A stretch of 61,116 nt of DNA from Bacteroidaceae bacterium. GTDB lineage: Bacteria > Bacteroidota > Bacteroidia > Bacteroidales > Bacteroidaceae. Positions within the stretch are counted from its first letter, which is position 1, and every line of letters starts with the position of its first letter. The translations under genes and the position numbers were made by a program. Location: the NCBI GenBank assembly GCA_963634425.1, contig CAVHCL010000128.1:8751-69866 (forward strand), given 5' to 3'. Below the pieces are notes generated by a model. The model was not told the DNA's origin, searched no databases, and saw only the letters and a list, made by a program, of their open reading frames with translations. Below are positions 18,619 to 27,589 of this stretch, piece after piece.

Positions 18619-21120
18619 ATGCCCACAGAGACACAATATAGGAAAAGAAACCACAACAAGAACAAGAACAAAAGCAAGGCAAAGGAAAACGGCATAAAGA
18701 AAGGACTTGGGTGGCTAAGTCTCAATTTCCGTTCCCAGGACGAAGTTAACGACAGCAAAAAGATAGAGCACAAAGACAACATACGCTTTGTGGTGGGTGT
18801 GATTGTCTCTGCCATCTCCATAGCCTTGTTGCTTGCGCTCGTCTCGCATGTCTTCACTGGAAAGGAAGACCAGAAGCTCTTGGCTGGCGGTGCGGATGTC
18901 AGTCCTTCCAACTGGCTCGGCTCTTTCGGCTATCACACCGCCCACTGGCTCATGGACAACACGTTCGGTGTGTCTTCCGTGCTGCTGCCCCTGCTGTTGC
19001 TGGCCACCAGTCTCAAGACCATGAATGCTGTGAGGCGGCTGAGACTGCACAAATGGTTTCTCAACTGCATGATACTCATGATATGGACTTCCGCCTTTGC
19101 CGCCCTTATCATGCATTTCTTCCCCGCTGCGCGCAGTTCGTACATCAATTGGAGCGGCGAGATAGGAGAAAACGAACTGAAGTTCATCATGGAGAAAACG
19201 GGTACCGTGGGAGCTGTGCTGATATTGGTTGTCACAGCCCTCGTGTATGTCTTCTACGTCAGCGAGAAGATGGTTACAGCTTTCCGTACGTTTGTGGTGC
19301 GCCCTCCCAAGGACAAGGACGCTGAGGAGGACACTTCCTCCTCCGACACGTCCGACGGCGGACAACTCTCCTCTGGGACTGCCTCTACGGAGACAGGGGA
19401 GCACGGCGTACCTTTTGACGACAATCCCTCCGTCACAGCCACAACCATCAACTTCAACGACCTTTCCTCTAACACCGATATTACACCGTGCACGGAAGGG
19501 CAGACATTGCCTCTTGAAGTCTCCGCACCCACTGACAACATGGACGTGGTGGTGGGCCAGAACCCCGAGAAGGCTGATGTGAAGAAGGGGGAGGCTCTGG
19601 AGCCTTATGACCCCAAGCTCGACCTCGAGTATTACAAGTACCCTACGCTGGATTTGCTCAAGAAGTACGACAACAGGACGAGCGTGGTGGACATGGAGGA
19701 GCAGGAGAAGAACAAGAACCGTATTCTGCAGATTCTCGGCAACTTCAACGTGCAGGTGTCAAGCATCAAGGCCACTATAGGTCCCACCATCACGCTCTAC
19801 GAACTCACTCCTGCCCCGGGTGTGCGCATCAGCCGCATACGAGGTCTTGAAGATGACATCGCCCTTAGCCTCAGTGCCTTGGGAATACGCATCATAGCAC
19901 CCATCCCAGGGAAAGGCACCATCGGTATAGAGGTGCCCAACGCCAGACCGCAGATGGTGAGTATGGAGAGCGTGCTCAACAGCCGCAAGTTCCAAGAGAC
20001 CGACTACGAACTGCCCATGGCCATAGGCAAGACCATCACCAACGAGGTGTTTATGGTGGACTTGGCCAAGATGCCGCACCTCCTTGTGGCTGGAGCAACG
20101 GGACAGGGAAAGTCAGTGGGACTCAACGCTATCATAGCGAGTCTCCTCTACAAGAAACATCCCGCCGAGCTTAAACTCGTCATGGTAGACCCCAAAAAGG
20201 TGGAGTTCAGCGTGTACAACCCCATCGTCAACCATTTCTTGGCGCAGGTGGAGGGCAACGAGGACTGCGAGGAGCCTATCATCACGGACGTTAACAAGGT
20301 GATACAGACTCTCAAGAGCCTATGCGTGGAGATGGACACTCGCTACGACCTCCTGAAGAGGGCGAAGGCAAGGAACATCAAGGAGTACAACCAGAAATTC
20401 AAGGAACGGCACCTCAACCCCGACAACGGACACAGGTTCATGCCTTACATCGTGGTGGTGATAGATGAGTTCGGCGACCTCATCATGACAGCCGGACGTG
20501 AAATAGAGCTTCCCATAGCGCGCATAGCGCAGTTGGCGCGTGCCGTGGGCATACACATGATTATAGCCACACAGCGACCCACCACCAACATCATCACCGG
20601 CACCATCAAGGCCAACTTCCCGGCGCGCATGGCATTCAAGGTGAGTGCTATGATAGACAGCCGCACCATTCTGGACAGGCCCGGTGCCAACCAACTGGTG
20701 GGGAAGGGCGATATGCTCTTCTTGGCAGGGAGCGAACCGGTGCGCGTGCAGTGTGCGTTTCTTGACTCCGACGAGGTGGATAACATCGTCTCTTACATCG
20801 CACGCCAACAGAGCTACAACGCTCCGTTCCCCTTGCCGGAGGTGGCTCTCGAGGGTGGAGAGGAAGGAGGTGCCGCCGATGTGGATCTCAATCATCTCGA
20901 CCCTATGTTCGAGGAGGTGGCACGCATGGTGGTCACTGAACAGAGCGGAAGCACCAGCATGATACAGCGCAAGTTCTCCATCGGCTACAACAGGGCGGGA
21001 CGGCTCATGGACCAGTTGGAGAAAGCCGGGATAGTGGGACCCACCAAGGGGAGCAAACCGAGGGAGGTGCTGTGCATAAGCGACGAGGAACTACAGTACA
21101 GGCTCGACAACCTCAGATAG
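18619..21120 (+). CDS. ftsK: DNA translocase FtsK
   Basis: N-terminal TM helices, a Pro/acidic linker, motor-domain Walker A GATGQGKSV, Walker B VVVIDEF, and a C-terminal gamma winged helix (MIQRKFSIGYNRAGRLMDQLE). Confidence 0.95.
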   Translation: MPTETQYRKRNHNKNKNKSKAKENGIKKGLGWLSLNFRSQDEVNDSKKIEHKDNIRFVVGVIVSAISIALLLALVSHVFTGKEDQKLLAGGADVSPSNWLGSFGYHTAHWLMDNTFGVSSVLLPLLLLATSLKTMNAVRRLRLHKWFLNCMILMIWTSAFAALIMHFFPAARSSYINWSGEIGENELKFIMEKTGTVGAVLILVVTALVYVFYVSEKMVTAFRTFVVRPPKDKDAEEDTSSSDTSDGGQLSSGTASTETGEHGVPFDDNPSVTATTINFNDLSSNTDITPCTEGQTLPLEVSAPTDNMDVVVGQNPEKADVKKGEALEPYDPKLDLEYYKYPTLDLLKKYDNRTSVVDMEEQEKNKNRILQILGNFNVQVSSIKATIGPTITLYELTPAPGVRISRIRGLEDDIALSLSALGIRIIAPIPGKGTIGIEVPNARPQMVSMESVLNSRKFQETDYELPMAIGKTITNEVFMVDLAKMPHLLVAGATGQGKSVGLNAIIASLLYKKHPAELKLVMVDPKKVEFSVYNPIVNHFLAQVEGNEDCEEPIITDVNKVIQTLKSLCVEMDTRYDLLKRAKARNIKEYNQKFKERHLNPDNGHRFMPYIVVVIDEFGDLIMTAGREIELPIARIAQLARAVGIHMIIATQRPTTNIITGTIKANFPARMAFKVSAMIDSRTILDRPGANQLVGKGDMLFLAGSEPVRVQCAFLDSDEVDNIVSYIARQQSYNAPFPLPEVALEGGEEGGAADVDLNHLDPMFEEVARMVVTEQSGSTSMIQRKFSIGYNRAGRLMDQLEKAGIVGPTKGSKPREVLCISDEELQYRLDNLR

Positions 21121-21194
21121 GCTTGCCTGCACATTTCAATTCAATCATAGACAACATGTTTTTCACATTCACCCATCACTACAAACACCACGAC

Positions 21195-21818
21195 ATGAAC
21201 AGACTACTTGTTGCTTTCTCTCTCTGCCTCCTGTCCCTGTGGACAACGGCACAGAAACCCATGAATGTGCTCGACGAGGCGGCCGCCTCCGTGCGTATGG
21301 CCGGAAACATGAAGATAGGCTTCACCGCCACCACATTCTCCGACGGCAAGGAGCTGAGTTCCACCACAGGCACCATGCTGCTGAAAGGCAAAAAGATGCA
21401 GTTGGACACTCCCGAAATGAAGATGTGGTACGACGGCACACGGCAGTGGACCATGCTCACGGGCAGCGACGAGGTCAACTCCTCTATCCCCACCGCCAAG
21501 GAGATGGCTTCCGTAAACCCTTACTCCTTCATCTCCGCATACAAAAAGGGCTACCGTATGTCCATGCGCGAGACTTCGCTCCGCGGACAGCAGGTCTACG
21601 AGATACACATGCGCGCCACCAAGACTGAGAACCCTGCACAGGAGATTTATGTGGACGTAAGCAAGGCGGACAGTTCACCGCTGTGCATACGCATCAGACA
21701 GGACAACGAGTGGAACCGCATCTCCATACACTCCCTGCAGGGAGGTATGGACTTCCCCGACTCGGACTTCACTTTTCCACGGGAACAATATCCCGACTGC
21801 GAGATCATAGAACTGTGA
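21195..21818 (+). CDS. lolA: LolA-like outer-membrane lipoprotein carrier family protein
   Basis: Signal peptide MNRLLVAFSLCLLSLWTTAQ. LolA-like pattern (GTMLLKGKKMQLDTPEMKMWYDGTRQWTM). Conserved position directly after ftsK. Confidence 0.65.
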   Translation: MNRLLVAFSLCLLSLWTTAQKPMNVLDEAAASVRMAGNMKIGFTATTFSDGKELSSTTGTMLLKGKKMQLDTPEMKMWYDGTRQWTMLTGSDEVNSSIPTAKEMASVNPYSFISAYKKGYRMSMRETSLRGQQVYEIHMRATKTENPAQEIYVDVSKADSSPLCIRIRQDNEWNRISIHSLQGGMDFPDSDFTFPREQYPDCEIIEL

Positions 21819-21852
21819 AAACCACAAGCGCGACATTCTTACACACGACATT

Positions 21853-22797
21853 ATGAAACAGACAGACATTCTTATCATAGGCAGCGGACCGGCGGGACTC
21901 ACTGCGGCAGTGTACGCCGGCAGAGCCGGTCTTGCCCCTCTGCTTCTTGAGGGTATGCAGCCGGGAGGACAGCTCACTACTACCACGGAGGTGGAGAACT
22001 TCCCCGGCTTTCCCGAAGGCATCGATGCCAACATGCTTATGGACAACATGAGGAGCCAAGCTTTACGCTTCGGCGCAGAGATACTGCCCTCTGTGGCGGA
22101 GAAAGCCGACCTTGACGTTTATCCTTACAAAGTGTGGCTCGACAGCATCGAGGAGGTAGTAGCTCGCTCCATCGTCATAGCCACAGGTGCCAAAGCCAAG
22201 TACTTGGGACTGCCGGACGAACGGAAATACTTGGGACAGGGGGTCAGCGCCTGCGCCACCTGCGACGGCTTCTTCTACCGCCGCAAGACCGTGGCTGTGG
22301 TGGGCGGCGGCGACACTGCGTGCGAGGAGGCTTCCTATCTGGCAGGGCTGGCCTCCAAGGTTTACCTCATCGTCAGGAAACCTTTTCTCAGGGCAAGTGC
22401 CGTCATGGCACAGCGTGTGATGTCCGACCCAAAGATAGAGGTACTCTTTGAGACGAACGCCGTAGGACTCTTCGGGAAAGACGGAGTGGAGGGCGCACAT
22501 CTCGTATATAAAAAAGGTACGGACGAGGAGCGTGCCTACGACATCGCCGTCGACGGCTTCTTCCTCGCCATAGGACACAGTCCGTGCAGCGAGTTGTTTG
22601 CTCCGTGGCTACAGACAGACGCAGACGGATACATCGTCACGGAGGGAGACACACCGTGTACCGCCAAGCCCGGAGTGTTCGCCGCTGGCGACGTGGCGGA
22701 TCGCAGGTACAGACAGGCTGTCGTCGCAGCCGCCTCTGGTGCCAAGGCCGCCATGGAGGCGGAGAGGTTTCTCGCATCAAAAGAAAAACTGTCATGA
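21853..22797 (+). CDS. trxB: Thioredoxin-disulfide reductase
   Basis: FAD motif IIGSGPAG, redox-active CATC, NADPH motif VVGGGDTACEEA, and C-terminal GVFAAGDV. Confidence 0.95.
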   Translation: MKQTDILIIGSGPAGLTAAVYAGRAGLAPLLLEGMQPGGQLTTTTEVENFPGFPEGIDANMLMDNMRSQALRFGAEILPSVAEKADLDVYPYKVWLDSIEEVVARSIVIATGAKAKYLGLPDERKYLGQGVSACATCDGFFYRRKTVAVVGGGDTACEEASYLAGLASKVYLIVRKPFLRASAVMAQRVMSDPKIEVLFETNAVGLFGKDGVEGAHLVYKKGTDEERAYDIAVDGFFLAIGHSPCSELFAPWLQTDADGYIVTEGDTPCTAKPGVFAAGDVADRRYRQAVVAAASGAKAAMEAERFLASKEKLS

Positions 22798-24290
22798 CAA
22801 AACTTGAACTTTACCGTCTCATAAGGCAGAATGACGCTCTCAAGGACAAGCGTCATCCCATGTTCGACAAGAACAGGTTCATGCGTCTGCTCGCAATCTT
22901 CATGTGGCTCTACTATGCCGCACTGCTGCTAATAATGGGCGTGGTGCTACCCTTCGGCATGGAAGGGGCTTACAATGGGGTGGCAGCCTTTCACGTGCTG
23001 GACGGTTTCTTCCCGCTTCTTCTCATCGCTGACTTCTGGGTACGTTTCATACTACAGGAGACACCTGCCATGCAGTGCCGCCAATATGCCCTGCTCCCCG
23101 TACGCAGGTCGTTCCTCATGAACGTCTACCTCATACGCTCGGGCTTCAGTGCCGGCAACCTTTACTGGTTCTTCTTCCTCGTGCCTTTCGGACTTATCGC
23201 CATTGCCTCGCATTTCGGATGGCTTCCTTTCTTGGGGTGGCTCATAGGATGGTGGCTGATGTGCGTGGCGGACGGCTTCGCCTACCTTTTCGTCAGAACT
23301 CTCTGCATGAAGTACCTTGCATGGGCGTTGTTGCCGTTGGCGGCGCACGGTGCGCTGTTGGCTGTAATGTTTGTGCCGGAGCGCAACCCTTTGGATATGC
23401 CGTGCACCGAATGGATCTACGCCTTCTCTCTCTGGCAACCACTGCCATTCGTCGTCATGGGTGGGGTCATAGCCCTTCTCTTTTATGCCAACACCGCCCT
23501 GCAGGGACGCGCGGTGTACGACGAGGTGGCTGACAAGGAAGAGGTGGAGATAAAGTCCACCACGCAGATGGACTTCCTCAACCGCTACGGCAAGGTGGGC
23601 GAGTACCTCAAACTGGAACTCAAGCTGCGCCTACGCAACAAACAGGTGCGGTTGGCTTTCTTCATGATACTCGGTGCCATGGTGCTGCTCAGCGGCATAC
23701 TCGACTTCACCTCCATCTACGACGGCGGCCTTATGAATTCTTTCATTTGTCTCTACGACTACATAGTGCCTGGTGTGGGCACCTTGGTGACGGTGATGTG
23801 CTACGAGGGCAATTATATGGACGGACTCATGTCGCGGCGAGAGAGTGTCTACGACCTGCTCAAGGCCAAGTACTATTTCCACGTTATGCTGCTCGTCGTG
23901 CCCATGGTGCTGCTCATACCCTCCATGGCACTGGGCAAGATAGGATTGCCAATGAACATCGGCTATCTCTTCTTCACAGCAGGGGTACTCTACCCTCTCC
24001 TCTTCCAGACAGCCGTCTACAACAAGGAGACGATACCCCTCAACCGCAAGATCACGGGCAAACAGGCCAACGCAATGCAGAACATAGTGTCTTTGATGGT
24101 ACTCTTCATTCCCATAGGGTTAGAGAGACTTTGCGTATTTCTCCTTGGAGACACGTGGGGCTATCTGCCGCTTGTCTTGGCGGGAGCCATAGGAGTGGCT
24201 ACACACCGTATGTGGCTGCGGAGCATATACCGCCGCCTCATGGAGCGAAGGTACGTCAATATGGAGGGCTTCCGCGCATCCAAAGAATGA
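22794..24290 (+). CDS. Polytopic membrane protein (DUF5687-like), a probable partner of the downstream ABC ATPase
   Basis: Start at MTKLELYRLIRQ (22794), an ATGA overlap with the trxB stop. About 10-12 hydrophobic helices. The family name is from memory only. Confidence 0.6.
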   Translation: MTKLELYRLIRQNDALKDKRHPMFDKNRFMRLLAIFMWLYYAALLLIMGVVLPFGMEGAYNGVAAFHVLDGFFPLLLIADFWVRFILQETPAMQCRQYALLPVRRSFLMNVYLIRSGFSAGNLYWFFFLVPFGLIAIASHFGWLPFLGWLIGWWLMCVADGFAYLFVRTLCMKYLAWALLPLAAHGALLAVMFVPERNPLDMPCTEWIYAFSLWQPLPFVVMGGVIALLFYANTALQGRAVYDEVADKEEVEIKSTTQMDFLNRYGKVGEYLKLELKLRLRNKQVRLAFFMILGAMVLLSGILDFTSIYDGGLMNSFICLYDYIVPGVGTLVTVMCYEGNYMDGLMSRRESVYDLLKAKYYFHVMLLVVPMVLLIPSMALGKIGLPMNIGYLFFTAGVLYPLLFQTAVYNKETIPLNRKITGKQANAMQNIVSLMVLFIPIGLERLCVFLLGDTWGYLPLVLAGAIGVATHRMWLRSIYRRLMERRYVNMEGFRASKE

Positions 24291-24347
24291 ACCGCATACA
24301 TATACATTGTGATATAGTATAAAATAATATACAGAAAACCCAGAAAG

Positions 24348-25079
24348 ATGGACATAAAGATAAAAGACCTCAGCAAACGCTTTGGCGACAAGGTGGCGGT
24401 GAACATACCGCACTTCCACATCCACAGCGGCGAGATGCTCGGACTTGTGGGCAACAACGGTGCGGGCAAGAGCACCCTTTTCCGCCTGATGCTCGACCTT
24501 GTGAAGGCCGACACCGGCAACGTGGTGATGGAGGGCGAATATCTCGGTACAGCACGCCAGACAGATGTGGCACAGACCGAGGAGTGGAAGGACTGGACAG
24601 GTGCCTTCATAGACGAGAGTTTCCTCATAGACTACCTCACTCCAGACGAGTACTTCCACTTCGTGGCGAAGATAAGCGGACTGGGCGATGCCGAACTACA
24701 GGAGACGCTGCGCAGTTTCGGGCACTTCATGGCAGACGAGGTGGCGGGACAGAAGAAACTCATACGCAACCTCTCGGCCGGCAACAAACACAAGGTGGGC
24801 ATAGTGGCGGCCATGCTGCTGCGCCCACAGGTGCTCATCCTCGACGAGCCTTTCAACTTCCTCGACCCATCCTCGCAGGAGGCCATCAAGCATCTGCTCA
24901 CCGTTTACAACCGCGACACAGGAGCAACCATACTCGTCTCCAGCCATAACCTGCAGCACACCGTGGACATCTGTCCGCGCATCGCCCTCATGGAACACGG
25001 CTCCGTCATCAAGGACATCGACAACAGCGACGGAGAGGCCAAGGCTCTGCTTGAGGACTACTTCCGTATAGACGACTGA
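24348..25079 (+). CDS. ABC transporter ATP-binding protein
   Basis: Walker A GNNGAGKST, signature LSAGNKHKV, Walker B LILDEP, H-loop SSHN. Confidence 0.9.
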   Translation: MDIKIKDLSKRFGDKVAVNIPHFHIHSGEMLGLVGNNGAGKSTLFRLMLDLVKADTGNVVMEGEYLGTARQTDVAQTEEWKDWTGAFIDESFLIDYLTPDEYFHFVAKISGLGDAELQETLRSFGHFMADEVAGQKKLIRNLSAGNKHKVGIVAAMLLRPQVLILDEPFNFLDPSSQEAIKHLLTVYNRDTGATILVSSHNLQHTVDICPRIALMEHGSVIKDIDNSDGEAKALLEDYFRIDD

Positions 25080-25095
25080 CCAACACTCCACAGCT

Positions 25096-25869
25096 ATGCA
25101 AGACAGACAACTCAACAGACGGCTATATTTCCGCGAACTCGCATACACCAGCGAACATTACTTCATACCTTACATCAGCCGTTTTATGCGTGTCGGCGCG
25201 CCATTGCGTGTTCTTGAGATAGGATGTGGCGACGGCGGCAACCTGCTGCCGTTCGCACGTTTGGGATGCGAGGTCACGGGGTGCGACATGGCTGAGTGCA
25301 GAATATCGGACGCAAAGCGTTTCTTCCAGGAAGAATCCGCCGACGGCACTTTCATAGCCTCGGATGTCTTCCTGCTCAAGGGGCTTGAACGGCGTTTCAA
25401 CCTCATCATCTGCCACGACGTGATAGAGCACATCCTCGACAAGGGAGAATTCATGCGCAAGTGCAAGTCGCTGCTGCAGCCCGGCGGTGCCATGTTCATG
25501 TCGTTCCCGGCATGGCAGATGCCTTTCGGCGGACACCAGCAGATATGCAGAAGCCGACTGCTCTCACACCTCCCCTTCTTCCATCTGCTGCCCGCACCGC
25601 TCTATTCACGTATACTGAGAATGGGTGGCGAGAACGAGGGATGCATAAAGGAGTTGTTGGACATCAAACAGACACGGTGTCCCATAGAACTCTTCGAGAG
25701 AAGCATCCCCGACTGCTTCGAGGTGGCAGACCGCACCTCGTGGCTCATCAATCCGCACTATAAGGTGAAGTTCGGACTCACTCCGCTCCGTCTCCATGTT
25801 CCGTTTTGTGCCGTGCCGTACCTCCGCAACTTCATAACCACCTCGGTGTTCTATTTTTTGAGAGGATAG
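25096..25869 (+). CDS. Class I SAM-dependent methyltransferase
   Basis: Motif I VLEIGCGDGGN, followed by an acidic residue after beta-2 (VTGCDM), then ICHDVIEHI. Confidence 0.8.
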   Translation: MQDRQLNRRLYFRELAYTSEHYFIPYISRFMRVGAPLRVLEIGCGDGGNLLPFARLGCEVTGCDMAECRISDAKRFFQEESADGTFIASDVFLLKGLERRFNLIICHDVIEHILDKGEFMRKCKSLLQPGGAMFMSFPAWQMPFGGHQQICRSRLLSHLPFFHLLPAPLYSRILRMGGENEGCIKELLDIKQTRCPIELFERSIPDCFEVADRTSWLINPHYKVKFGLTPLRLHVPFCAVPYLRNFITTSVFYFLRG

Positions 25870-25873
25870 AAAC

Positions 25874-25926
25874 TCTAGAGAACCTAGAAGTTCTAGACTT
25901 TCTAGAACTTCTATAAAATCCATAAA
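25874..25926. repeat. Phased 9-bp palindrome array #1 (6 units)
   Basis: CTAGA/CTATA/CCATA cores start at 25876, 25885, 25894, 25903, 25912 and 25921, an exact 9-bp period. The 8-mers are CTCTAGAG, ACCTAGAA, TTCTAGAC, TTCTAGAA, TTCTATAA, ATCCATAA. The array begins 5 nt after the stop at 25869. Confidence 0.9.
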
Positions 25927-25927
25927 G

Positions 25928-25953
25928 GCTGGAGGCTCTGTAGCCTCCAGCCT
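25928..25953 (+). terminator. Perfect stem-loop after the methyltransferase gene
   Basis: GGCTGGAGGCT (25928-25938), loop CTGT, AGCCTCCAGCC (25943-25953): an 11-bp GC-rich perfect stem. There is no clear U-tract, which is common in Bacteroidota. Confidence 0.6.
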
Positions 25954-25991
25954 CGGCAAAAGCCGCTTATCTTATTTTATATCAGGTGCCC

Positions 25992-26066
25992 CCACGCACA
26001 AAAGTCGCCTTTTTAACTTTTTCTTACCCAAAAGTTAATAAAAATTAAAAAGGCGATATTGCGTGG
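25992..26066. repeat. Imperfect 22-25-bp inverted repeat around a 28-nt AT-rich spacer
   Basis: Left arm CCACGCAcaaaagtCGCCTTTTTAA (25992-26016). Right arm TTAAAAAGGCGatatTGCGTGG (26045-26066). Two perfectly complementary blocks (7 bp and 11 bp) are separated by an internal bulge. Confidence 0.7.
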
Positions 26067-26093
26067 CATTTACGTTTTTTTCTTCTCTAACAT

Positions 26094-26124
26094 TTTGGAG
26101 GAAAGGGATTTTGTCATATCTTTG
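26094..26124 (+). promoter_or_regulatory. Bacteroides-type promoter P1 for the pilus-like locus
   Basis: TTTG at 26094-26097, a 19-nt spacer, then TATCTTTG (TAnnTTTG) at 26117-26124. The first ATG of the downstream gene lies at 26181. Confidence 0.55.
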
Positions 26125-26180
26125 CCGCCTAAAGTGGAAACGATTGCTCTACACGAGTCATAAGATCCGAAACGTACCAT

Positions 26181-27589
26181 ATGTCACACTCTGCCTTACA
26201 TATCATAGCAATGGTAGCCCTTTTGTTTGTGTACGACACTAGACGAGCGGGGGGGTATTTGCGCAGTCGACAAATACGGCAGACAGAACGTTCGTCACTG
26301 ACTCACATCCTATAATCTTCGTCGTAAACAGAACGGACATCAGCCCCAATGACGAAACGTGGCTGACAGACACTTTGTGCGCAAGGTTGCAGGCAATAGA
26401 GCCGCACGGCATCATAGTGGGGCGTGCGGCGACTTCGCCCGACGGACCGTACGGCAACAACCGTATGCTGGCGGAGGGACGGCGCAAGACCGTGGATCGC
26501 ATACTGCGGCGGTTGGGCTACAATACCGAAATCATACATTACGACGTGGTGGCGGAGGACTACAGTCTTCTGCTCACCATGATGCGTCTCCACCATGATG
26601 CGGACTGCGACGTGGTGGACTCGCTTGTCTCGGCATATGCGCACGAGGGCGCACACTTGAAGGCTGAACTGAAAGCAACCGACGGTGGACGGCTATGGCA
26701 GAGACTGCTGCGCGACTACTTCCCTTCGTTGCGTGCGGTGCGCATCATACCGATGGACGGCAGACTGCTGGTGGACGGAACACTGATGCCGGACTTGCAG
26801 CAGAAGGAGTTCCCTCAGACTGCGGGCACGGCACGGGCGGAACGCATAATTGGCGGAGAGCCGGCACTCCACCCTCTCACGGACTTCTCACGTCACACTG
26901 CCTACGGCTCTGCGCTACGTATGCCACGCCGCGAACTGCTGTCGGTGAAGACCAACCTTCTGTTCGACTTCGCCTATATGCCAGGCGGATACGATCGTAT
27001 CTGCCCAATCCCCAATGTCGCCATTGAGTTCTATCCACTCCATGGGCACTTCACCTACGGCGCATCGTTCGACTGTCCATGGTGGCAAGATTACGACGAA
27101 CACAAGTTCTTCCAAGTGCGCAACTACCAGTTGGAAGTGCGCTACTACCTGAAGAGCGGAGACGTGGACTACGGCAACGGGGCGGCATTCCGCGGACTTT
27201 ATGCGCAGGCTTACGTCCATGCCGGACTTTTCAGCATCTGCTTCGACGAGAACCGTGGATGGGAGGGCGAGGGCGCAGGCGCAGGACTTGGACTGGGCTA
27301 TGCGCTGCCTCTCACACGCACCGGACACTGGCGGTTGGAGTTCGGAGCGCAGTTCGGGGTGTTCTTCTCGAAATACGATCCTTACCAGTACGGGAGTGTC
27401 GTCTACCCCGGCAAACTCGATGGGTACTACTATAAATTCAACAACTTCGGCAACTTCTTCACACGGCGGCAACACCGCTTCACGTGGTTCGGCCCCACCA
27501 GGGTGGGCATCACGCTCACCTACGACTTGTTGTACAGACGCAGGGCGAAGAAGGGGACGAGCTTAAAGAGTTGGGAGGTGCAGAGATGA
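26181..27589 (+). pseudogene. OmpA-like/DUF3868-DUF3575-type outer-membrane protein gene, out of frame at a G7 tract as sequenced
   Basis: The ATG at 26181 gives MSHSALHIIAMVALLFVYDTRRAGG, then stops 34 codons later. The long frame (to 27589) is open from 26243 but has no ATG or GTG before the TTG at 26375. One extra G at 26249-26255 would join the two as ...RRAGGVFAQSTNTADRTFVTDSHPIIFVVNRTDISPNDETW.... The C-terminal half (LLSVKTNLLFDFAYMPG...IEFYPL...) is DUF3575-like. Confidence 0.7.
26249..26255 (+). repeat. G7 homopolymer at the frame junction
   Basis: The sequence ...gagc ggggggg tattt... contains seven consecutive G. Confidence 0.95.

Noticed and set aside
22584-24290. 5'-extended ORF versions: 22584 for the membrane protein, 11478 for the kinase fusion, 12611 for the permease, 21072 for lolA, 17956 for rlmI, 27484 for the anchor lipoprotein, 3212 for LOG
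   Set aside because: The extensions overlap the preceding gene extensively and translate to Arg/Gly/His-rich nonsense. Internal ATGs give canonical N-termini (signal peptides, lipoboxes, family-typical starts) and ATGA-type junctions.
25874-25926. Resemblance of TTCTAGAA repeats to eukaryotic heat-shock elements (nGAAnnTTCn)
   Set aside because: The resemblance is coincidental. The spacing is 9 bp, not 10, and HSF does not exist in bacteria.
25955-26400. Invertible-promoter (fimS-like or Mpi-type) switch around promoter P1
   Set aside because: I looked for inverted repeats flanking the -33/-7 boxes and found none. The only strong IR (25992-26066) lies wholly upstream. The ARACGTWCGT-like words at about 26169 (AAACGTACCA) and 26283 (GAACGTTCGT) are in direct, not inverted, orientation. 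No recombinase gene is in the window.
26375-27589. ORF-track version of the DUF3575 gene, starting at the TTG at 26375
   Set aside because: The frame is open for 44 more codons upstream and encodes conserved-looking protein (IIFVVNRTDISPNDETW). The TTG version also lacks any signal peptide. The G7-frameshift model explains both observations better.
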